Shown here: positions 54,127 to 61,181 of the stretch, in pieces | Numbering within the stretch: the stretch's first letter is position 1 | How the letters are laid out: each line of letters begins with the position of its first letter | Assembly: GCA_002714185.1 (NCBI GenBank) | Contig: PAWM01000002.1 | Span: forward strand, 4,278 to 65,458 | Reading direction: 5' to 3' | DNA from: Flavobacteriales bacterium | Lineage (GTDB): Bacteria > Bacteroidota > Bacteroidia > Flavobacteriales > TMED113 | DNA length: 61,181 nt | Made by a program: the position numbers and the translations under genes | The notes under the pieces: model-generated | The model's database searches: none | Told to the model about the DNA's origin: nothing | The model's input: only the letters and a program-made list of their open reading frames with translations

Positions 54127-54431
54127 AATGTTTATAAATTTTATTTATAAGAGTAAACTTATTAACACAATATTTCTTTTTTTTTTAATTATTTTTTATT
54201 GTTTTTTTTATTAAAATTTATTATTTAAAATTTACTATTTATTAACAATAATTATTAATAATTTAAGTAACAATTTTATGTTTATATACTTTTATGGTAT
54301 TAATATATTTTGTTAATACAAATCTGTTTTATATAGTTAATTATTTGTTTATAATATTTAATATGTTATATAACAAAAAATTATAAAAAAAATTATTATA
54401 TATATTAACACACATATATATATATATATAT
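54127..54431. other. Extremely AT-rich non-coding spacer with repeated TTATWAACA-type boxes; candidate replication origin (or terminus) locus
   Basis: 305 bp between convergent genes; seven degenerate DnaA-box-like 9-mers; (AT)9 tract; strand composition flips here. Confidence 0.55.
54408..54431. repeat. Alternating purine-pyrimidine tract (AC)3(AT)9
   Basis: Read directly from the sequence. Confidence 0.9.
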
Positions 54432-55577
54432 TTATTTATTTAAATATTTAATATTATTTATATAATATATATTAGCTCCTAAATTATTATTGTTATTACC
54501 TGATTTAAATGCTTTAGAATCTTTATTTAATAAATAATTAAATTTATCAGAATCTATATATAAAGGATTTGTATAAATATTATAATAACCTTTTAATGAA
54601 TCTGTATTAGATAAACAATAAGAATTATTTATTAAAGTATTTTTTACATTAAATAAATTTTTATTATTTGAAAAAATATTGTTTTTAGAAATTATATTTT
54701 TTTTATTAATTGTTAAATGAGATTTTAATACTAATTCATTTTTATCAAAAGTGTTATTAATTAAAAAAATTTGAACGGTATCTTTATTATTAATAACAGT
54801 ATTATTATTAATAAATAAATTATTAAAAATTTTAAAATATCCTTTATTACTATTTATAGTAAAACCATTTATATTTTTATAAAAAATATTATTTAATAAA
54901 TTAAAGTTATTACTATTAATAATTTCTATTTTTTTATTTTTTATAAACAAGCAATTATTAATAATAGAATTTTTACAATTTTTAATTAAAAAATTTTTAT
55001 TATTTAAAAAAAAACTATCGTTAAAATCAAAATCAACATTAGTTATAATAAAATTATTCCTTTTAAATAAGGAATTATTTATTTTGATTTTAGAGTTATT
55101 AAAAATTAAATTTGAAAATAAAAAAATAGAATTATTAATATTAATATTAAAACTATTAATAATTACATTTTTTATAAAACAACCATTAATATAAATTTCA
55201 CTATTTAAATCTGAATTTATTTTAAATTTATTTTTAGAATATATTTTTGTGTTATAATATATTTTTTTATTAATTAAATTATCATCTTTATAACTATAAA
55301 TAGAGTCACTTTTAATATTTAAACCAATTAATAAAGTACCATTATTTGTGATATTAGCTCCCTTTTTCACATTAATAATTACTCCATTTTCAATTATTAA
55401 AACTTTATTTTTTGGAATTATTAAGTTTTTTTTAAGTGTATATTTTTTATTATTTTTTTTAATTATATAGGCATTATTATAGCCATTTATATATAAATTA
55501 AAATCTTTGCTTTTTACATTAATATGTTTTGTACAACTAAAGAAAAATAAAGTAATTAATATAAAATATTTAATCAT
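54432..55577 (-). CDS. Right-handed beta-helix repeat lipoprotein, extremely N/I/K-rich
   Basis: Lipobox FFSC; NCLFIKN/NNIFYKN/NNLFINN/NNTFDKN repeats; C-terminal NPLYID..Y.L..DS.A..SG..LGA. Confidence 0.65.
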   Translation of the reverse strand: MIKYFILITLFFFSCTKHINVKSKDFNLYINGYNNAYIIKKNNKKYTLKKNLIIPKNKVLIIENGVIINVKKGANITNNGTLLIGLNIKSDSIYSYKDDNLINKKIYYNTKIYSKNKFKINSDLNSEIYINGCFIKNVIINSFNININNSIFLFSNLIFNNSKIKINNSLFKRNNFIITNVDFDFNDSFFLNNKNFLIKNCKNSIINNCLFIKNKKIEIINSNNFNLLNNIFYKNINGFTINSNKGYFKIFNNLFINNNTVINNKDTVQIFLINNTFDKNELVLKSHLTINKKNIISKNNIFSNNKNLFNVKNTLINNSYCLSNTDSLKGYYNIYTNPLYIDSDKFNYLLNKDSKAFKSGNNNNNLGANIYYINNIKYLNK

Positions 55578-55583
55578 TTTGAT

Positions 55584-57149
55584 TTAAATAAAATTAGTAT
55601 CATTAATTAATTGTTTTGTATAATTATTTACACCATCTAATAATAAATTTTTTGAATTAACAAAATCAATAATTTCACCATTTTTTAATACAATTACTTT
55701 ATTACATAAATAATAAATAGAATTTATATCGTGAGAAATAAAAATGATAGTAATTTTTAAAACTGAATTGATAAAACGAATTAATTCTAAAATAGATAAC
55801 TGAGTTTTAATATCTAAAGCAGAAATAGATTCATCAAAAACAATAACATCAGGGTTAGATGCTAATACACGAGCAATCGAAACCCTTTGTTTTTGACCAC
55901 CAGAAAGCTCATGAGGATACATATTTATAAGTTCTTCTTTTAAAGAAACAAGATTAAAAAGATCAGAAACCAAATAATTAGTTTTATATAAATCAACTAT
56001 TTCAGAAACACTATTTCCAACAGTATATTTAGGATTAAAAGAAGAGTATGGATCTTGATAAACCATTTGAACAGAGTTTTTTAAAAAAAATCTATTATTA
56101 GGATAAATAAAATCACCAGTAAAACTATTATGAAGACCACAAAGAATCCTACCTAAAGTTGTTTTTCCTGAACCAGAAGAACCAACAACCCCCAAACACT
56201 CCCCCCAACCAACAGAAAAGGAAATGTTTTTTAAAGCAAAAAATAAACCATCACCTTTTGTTTTATAAGAAACAGATAATTTTTTAATATCAAATAAAAC
56301 AGAATCTTTTTTTTCATTTTTTTTAATAAATTTTTTATAAAAACCATAAGAATCAATATTAAAAGAATTAAACCGAGAACGTGTTTTAATAATATTTAAC
56401 ATCTTATATAAATCAGAAAAAAGAGAAGAAGAAGAAGGTTTACCAACATTAATAAAAGAAGAATTTTTAAACAAGTACACCCGATTACAATAATAGTTTA
56501 TTAAATCAATATTGTGACTTATTAAAAGAACACTTAAATTATAATTGTTTTTTAATTTTAAAATTAAATCTAAAACCGCCCTTTGTGTAGAGGGGTCCAA
56601 AGAAGTAGTTGGTTCGTCTGCAATTAAAAGACTAGGTTTAGATGCTAAAGCTATAGCGATAACCACCCTTTGTTTTTGACCACCAGAAAGCTCGTGGGGG
56701 TAGGAAAAATAAACCTTCTCAGGAAAAAGAATACCAACATCTTTTAACAAACCAAAACAATAATCAAGATTATCTTTTACACCAACAAAAGAGCAGGCTT
56801 CTTTAATTTGTTTTCCACAAATCATAGTTGGATTAAGCGATGTTGATGGGTTTTGAAAAACCATAGAAACATCTCCCCCCCTTAACGAACACCAATCCTC
56901 ATCGTTATTAGAAAGAAAATTAAAGCAACCATTAGTATTATTAAAAATAGCACTATCAGCCGTTACTGAAAAAACCTTACGATTTAAGAAACCCATTAAA
57001 AAATATGAAAAAACAGACTTTCCTGACCCAGAGTCACCAAAAAGACCAACCACCTCACCTTTGTGAATATTAAAATCAGACCCACTAATTAATTTCTCAC
57101 TCTTTTTAGATATTGTTAGGTTTTTTATTTCAATTAAATTAATCATCAA
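55584..57149 (-). CDS. ABC transporter ATP-binding protein with two fused DppD/DppF-like domains
   Basis: GDSGSGKS and GSSGSGKT; YPHELSGGQKQR twice; DEPTTSLD and DESISALD. Confidence 0.92.
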   Translation of the reverse strand: MMINLIEIKNLTISKKSEKLISGSDFNIHKGEVVGLFGDSGSGKSVFSYFLMGFLNRKVFSVTADSAIFNNTNGCFNFLSNNDEDWCSLRGGDVSMVFQNPSTSLNPTMICGKQIKEACSFVGVKDNLDYCFGLLKDVGILFPEKVYFSYPHELSGGQKQRVVIAIALASKPSLLIADEPTTSLDPSTQRAVLDLILKLKNNYNLSVLLISHNIDLINYYCNRVYLFKNSSFINVGKPSSSSLFSDLYKMLNIIKTRSRFNSFNIDSYGFYKKFIKKNEKKDSVLFDIKKLSVSYKTKGDGLFFALKNISFSVGWGECLGVVGSSGSGKTTLGRILCGLHNSFTGDFIYPNNRFFLKNSVQMVYQDPYSSFNPKYTVGNSVSEIVDLYKTNYLVSDLFNLVSLKEELINMYPHELSGGQKQRVSIARVLASNPDVIVFDESISALDIKTQLSILELIRFINSVLKITIIFISHDINSIYYLCNKVIVLKNGEIIDFVNSKNLLLDGVNNYTKQLINDTNFI

Positions 57150-58321
57150 TACGAATATTCAGAAATTACAGCTTCAATAAATAACTTAAGGTTATCTGTA
57201 AGTTTATACATATTGTTGTCGGCAGATTTTTCATTTTCACGCATACCAAGTCGAACAAAAACTAAATTTAATTCAGGAATAACCACAACATACTGTCCGT
57301 TAAAACCACGAGCATAAAAAACAGGAAAGTCCTTCACTTGAGCGACCCACCAACCGTTTGAATAATAGTCAACAACCTTATCGTGTGAATCAATTTTTTC
57401 ATAAAGTTTAGGTTTAGACAACAACCAATTAACATAGTCTTCCGAAACCACGCTCTCACCCATAAAATCACCCTTATTAAGCATAAGTAGACCAATTTTA
57501 GAAAAATCCCTTGCATTACTATTAAAACAACAAAAGGTTTTTTCTAATCCACCACTATAATCAGTTGTCCAAAGTGCATTTTTACGAGCACCAATTTTTG
57601 ACCACAAAACACGACCAGCAAAAGATGATACACTTTCACCCACAGCTCTTTCAAGAACCACACCAAGAAGTTGGGTGTTTCCACTTTGGTAATTGTATAT
57701 TGTACCAGGAGGGGAAATAAAACGAGTGTTCAAAATTAGGTTTTTTAAATTAGTTCCATAATATGATTTTGCTGTAACACTAATAGGTTTTTTATAGTGT
57801 TCTAACCAATCTAACCCCGACGACATCTCTAAAAGGTGTTTAATTTTTACATCAAAATTTTTATAAGGTTTTAATTCAGGTAAAAAATCAAAAACACTTT
57901 GGTTAACATTATCAATAAAACCACTATCAATAGCACAACCCACCAAAAGTGATGTTATGCTTTTAGCCACAGAGAAAGAATTTGTTGTAGAGTTTTCGCC
58001 ACCACCACCCCAATATTTTTCAAAACGAACACTATCATTTTGAACAACTAAAAAAGCAATAGTTTTAGATTTTTTTAAAACATGTTTTAGTTTTTCAGAG
58101 GGCTTAAAGAGGTTATAGTTATAACCATTAGGAATTTTATAAGGTTTTTTAGCCTCCACCTCTCTTGAGTAAAAAAATACATGGTCATCAATTTGAGCTG
58201 AGTTTTGCCCCCGTAAATAAGTGCACCTTAACCCATGAAACAAGTAAGAAACATCAAAAATAAAAACAATTGAAGTAAGGAAAAAAATAAAAAAAATAAA
58301 ATAAAAAAATAATTTTTTCAT
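57146..58321 (-). CDS. Serine hydrolase, beta-lactamase class C-like family
   Basis: SFSVAKS (SxxK), HLLEMSSGL, YQSG, ARDFSKIG, RGFNGQY. Confidence 0.9.
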   Translation of the reverse strand: MKKLFFYFIFFIFFLTSIVFIFDVSYLFHGLRCTYLRGQNSAQIDDHVFFYSREVEAKKPYKIPNGYNYNLFKPSEKLKHVLKKSKTIAFLVVQNDSVRFEKYWGGGGENSTTNSFSVAKSITSLLVGCAIDSGFIDNVNQSVFDFLPELKPYKNFDVKIKHLLEMSSGLDWLEHYKKPISVTAKSYYGTNLKNLILNTRFISPPGTIYNYQSGNTQLLGVVLERAVGESVSSFAGRVLWSKIGARKNALWTTDYSGGLEKTFCCFNSNARDFSKIGLLMLNKGDFMGESVVSEDYVNWLLSKPKLYEKIDSHDKVVDYYSNGWWVAQVKDFPVFYARGFNGQYVVVIPELNLVFVRLGMRENEKSADNNMYKLTDNLKLFIEAVISEYSY

Positions 58322-58995
58322 AAATCAACAAGCCTACAATTAAAAACCTTTTCAAAAGAAACCCTAAACAAATCCTCTACTTTAGAAAAAGAAACATCAC
58401 AACCAACTTCCAAGTTTAAAGAAGTCACTCCTTTATCGGTGATACCACAAGGTATAATATTTTTAAAATAATCCAAATCAACCATAACATTAAAAGCTAA
58501 ACCATGCATTGTAACCCACCTACTAGCTCTAACACCCATTGCACAAATTTTTTTAAAATCACCACCACTATTTAACCACACACCTGTTGAGCCATCAAGC
58601 CTAACACCAGTTAAGTTGTATTCTTTTAATACATTAAAAACAACATTTTCTAAAAATCTTAAATACTTATGAATGTCGGTAAAAAAATTATCTAAATCCA
58701 AAACAGGGTAAACAACCAACTGACCCGGACCATGGTAGGTTATATCACCACCCCTATTAATTTTATAAAAATCAGCATTTTTTAAATGAAGCTCCTCATC
58801 ATTTAAAAGCAGGTTTTCTTTTTTTCCACTTTTACCAAGTGTGTACACGTGTGGATGTTGACAAAATAAAAGATAACTTTTCGTTGGTTTTTTACATCTC
58901 TTATCAGAAACAATAGAGTTAAGTATTGATTCTTGCACACCCCAAGCCTTCTTAAAATCGATAGTTCCTAAATTTTTAAAAAAAACAGTGTTCAT
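58318..58995 (-). CDS. lipB: Lipoyl(octanoyl) transferase
   Basis: HPHVYTLG, RGGDITYHGPGQLVVYP, KICAMG, MHGLAFN, IPCGI. Confidence 0.96.
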   Translation of the reverse strand: MNTVFFKNLGTIDFKKAWGVQESILNSIVSDKRCKKPTKSYLLFCQHPHVYTLGKSGKKENLLLNDEELHLKNADFYKINRGGDITYHGPGQLVVYPVLDLDNFFTDIHKYLRFLENVVFNVLKEYNLTGVRLDGSTGVWLNSGGDFKKICAMGVRASRWVTMHGLAFNVMVDLDYFKNIIPCGITDKGVTSLNLEVGCDVSFSKVEDLFRVSFEKVFNCRLVDL

Positions 58996-59013
58996 TTGTT
59001 GTGTGAATATAAT

Positions 59014-59021
59014 TATATTTG
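59014..59021 (+). promoter_or_regulatory. Bacteroidota -7 promoter element (TATATTTG) for lysS
   Basis: TAnnTTTG 18 bp upstream of TTG 59040. Confidence 0.45.
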
Positions 59022-59039
59022 ATTAAAATTATTTGTAAA

Positions 59040-60548
59040 TTGGAAAAATACACAGAACAAGAAGAAATAAGAAGAACTTCATTAAAAAAAATTATAGAAC
59101 TAGGCATAAACCCATATCCAGCGGAAGAGTTCAAAATAAACACCAACAGTAAAGAAATTAAAACACAATTTTCCGAAAAAGAGAATATGTTTAAAAACAC
59201 AATTGTTGCGGGAAGAATTATGAGTAGAAGAATTATGGGTAAAGCATCATTTGTAGAACTAAAAGACTTTGAGGGTAGAATACAGGTTTACCTAAACCGA
59301 GACGAGTTGTGCCCAGGAGAAGACAAAACATTGTATAATGATGTTTTTAAAAAATACTTAGACATTGGAGATATTATAGGTGTTGAGGGTTCAGTTTTTG
59401 TGACAAAAGTCGGAGAGATAAGTATTCGTGCAAAAAAAATAAAAATATTATCCAAATCAATAAAACCACTACCTGTAGTAAAAACAGACTCTAGTGGAGT
59501 TGCCCATGATGCATTTAGTAACACAGAATTAAGATATAGACAAAGATCTTTAGACTTAATTGTTAATGATGACTCCTGGTTAACTTTTGAAAAAAGAACA
59601 AAAATTTTCAATACAATAAGAAACCACCTAAACAACAAGGGTTATATAGAGGTAGAAACACCAATACTTCAACCTATAGTGGGGGGTGCTGCAGCTAGAC
59701 CATTCGTTACACACCACAACACACTAGATATTCCACTATACTTAAGGGTTGCAAACGAATTATATTTAAAAAGATTAATTGTTGGTGGAAAAGAGGGTGT
59801 GTATGAGTTTGCAAAAGATTTTAGAAACGAGGGGATGGATAAAACTCACAATCCAGAATTCACAATGTTAGAGTTTTACGTGGCATACAAGGATTATAAT
59901 TGGATGATGTTTTTTATAGAGGATTTGTTTGAAAAGGTTGCAAAAGTTGTTTGTGGAGAATTGAAAATAAAATATGGAAAAAACACAATAAACTTTAAGG
60001 GGCCATATAAAAAAATACCCTTTTTTAAAGCTATTAAAAATGAAACCGGAGACGATATTTCAAAAATGTCAAAAAATGAATTAATAAATTATTGTAAAGA
60101 AAAAAATATAGACATAAATAAGTCAATGGGTATGGGAAAATTATTCGATGCTGTTTTTAGTGAGTATTGTGAAAAAAAACTAATACAACCAACCTACATA
60201 ACAGACTATCCTATAGAAATGTCTCCGTTAACAAAAAAACATAGAAATATAGAAGGTTTAACCGAAAGATTTGAACTTTTTATTAATGGTAAAGAAATTG
60301 CTAATGCATATTCAGAACAAAACAACCCTATTGAACAAAGAAGAAGCCTAGAAGAGCAAATGATGTTGGGTGAGAAGGGGGATGATGAAGCAATGATTAT
60401 AGATAATCAGTTTTTAAAAGCACTAGAATACGGTATGCCTCCAACATCTGGTATAGGTATAGGTATGGATAGACTAACAATGCTATTAACAAATAATAAT
60501 TCAATACAAGATGTTTTATTTTTTCCACAAATGAAACCAGAAAAATAA
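59040..60548 (+). CDS. lysS: Lysine--tRNA ligase (class II)
   Basis: GKASF, RYRQR, GGAAARPF, FRNEG..HNPEF, GMPPT.G.GIG.DR; TTG start at 59040 preferred. Confidence 0.98.
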   Translation: MEKYTEQEEIRRTSLKKIIELGINPYPAEEFKINTNSKEIKTQFSEKENMFKNTIVAGRIMSRRIMGKASFVELKDFEGRIQVYLNRDELCPGEDKTLYNDVFKKYLDIGDIIGVEGSVFVTKVGEISIRAKKIKILSKSIKPLPVVKTDSSGVAHDAFSNTELRYRQRSLDLIVNDDSWLTFEKRTKIFNTIRNHLNNKGYIEVETPILQPIVGGAAARPFVTHHNTLDIPLYLRVANELYLKRLIVGGKEGVYEFAKDFRNEGMDKTHNPEFTMLEFYVAYKDYNWMMFFIEDLFEKVAKVVCGELKIKYGKNTINFKGPYKKIPFFKAIKNETGDDISKMSKNELINYCKEKNIDINKSMGMGKLFDAVFSEYCEKKLIQPTYITDYPIEMSPLTKKHRNIEGLTERFELFINGKEIANAYSEQNNPIEQRRSLEEQMMLGEKGDDEAMIIDNQFLKALEYGMPPTSGIGIGMDRLTMLLTNNNSIQDVLFFPQMKPEK

Positions 60549-60552
60549 AAAA

Positions 60553-60972
60553 ATGAAAATAACAATAGGGTCAGATCATGCAGGTTTTGAATATAAAACA
60601 AAAATTATAGAGTATTTAGAAAATAATAATCACAATATTTTAGATGTTGGAACTCACAGCCAAAACAGTGTAGACTACCCAGACTATGCTCATTTAGTTG
60701 CAGAGGAGGTTGTTGTGGGAGCTGATTTTGGGGTTTTGATTTGTGGTAGCGGAAACGGTGTTAGTATGGCAGCCAACAAACATAAAAAAATTAGAGCTGC
60801 ACTATGTTGGAACAAGGAAATAACAAAACTTGCAAGACAACACAATAATGCAAATATAATATCATTACCAGCACGTTTTTTGTCAATAAAAGAATGTGTT
60901 GAATTAATAAAAATATTTTTAACAGAACCATTTGAGGGTGGGAGACACTCTAAAAGGGTTGATAAAATTTAA
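60553..60972 (+). CDS. rpiB: Ribose-5-phosphate isomerase B
   Basis: GSDHAG, DYPD, CGSGNG, ARQHNNAN, FEGGRH. Confidence 0.96.
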   Translation: MKITIGSDHAGFEYKTKIIEYLENNNHNILDVGTHSQNSVDYPDYAHLVAEEVVVGADFGVLICGSGNGVSMAANKHKKIRAALCWNKEITKLARQHNNANIISLPARFLSIKECVELIKIFLTEPFEGGRHSKRVDKI

Positions 60973-60976
60973 ACCA

Positions 60977-61181
60977 ATGAAAAAAATAATAATACTACTA
61001 TTGATTTTTTCTTCACAATTGTTTTCCCAAGTAGAAAGCATAGGAGAAACAATTAAATTGAACAAATTAAAATAACATATATTAATTTTAGCTTCTGACT
61101 CCTTAGAAGGGAGAGAGGTTGGGCAACCTGGAGAATTTATGGCCGCAGAATATATGTCGAATTATTTTAAAGATATAGGTA
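60977..61181 (+). pseudogene. 5' part of an M28-family peptidase with an in-frame TAA at 61073-61075 (runs off the window; absent from the ORF track)
   Basis: MKKIIILLLIFSSQLFSQ...KLK*HILILASDSLEGREVGQPGEFMAAEY; LASD..EGR..G is the M28 N-terminal motif. Confidence 0.75.

Noticed and set aside
52387-55577. Horizontally acquired AT-rich island
   Set aside because: The composition shift is gradual and runs through core genes (asd, uvrC, lipB, lysS) with no boundaries or mobility genes
58838-58856. TGTACACGTGTGGA as a parS site
   Set aside because: Only the CACGTG core matches TGTTTCACGTGAAACA, and it encodes the conserved HPHVYT motif of LipB

Overview
A 61-kb, very AT-rich, densely packed chromosomal segment from a Bacteroidota (Flavobacteriales-like) bacterium. 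The lineage call rests on gldH, T9SS C-terminal sorting domains, TAnnTTTG promoters, an IPExxxVDY protein and Bacteroidota-type sdhCAB/purF/ileS. Most of it is housekeeping: rnhA-purN/acpP-fabF-pyk, pheS, pgk, holB-PSP1-gldH-PBP1A-scoAB-xth, rnr, sdhCAB, a SUF operon, the lower kynurenine (3-hydroxyanthranilate) pathway, ileS-dksA-lspA, hppA, asd, uvrC, lipB, lysS, rpiB and one tRNA-Thr(GGT). No CRISPR, rRNA, IS or integrase was seen. Four things stand out. (1) A four-gene minus-strand operon next to tRNA-Thr encodes a redoxin lipoprotein, a T9SS-secreted PHM/DBH-type copper monooxygenase fused to a CxxCH heme-c domain, a small T9SS protein and a collagen-like fibre. (2) A 305-bp non-coding spacer at about 54.1-54.4 kb carries repeated TTATWAACA boxes and an (AT)9 tract, and sits at the centre of a sharp strand-composition inversion and AT peak (oriC or ter candidate). 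(3) A tyrosine-less SDR is embedded in the 3-hydroxyanthranilate cluster. (4) Three otherwise intact genes are broken by a single lesion each (an A11 frameshift in rnr, an in-frame TAG, an in-frame TAA). All calls are by-eye motif recognition; no searches were run.
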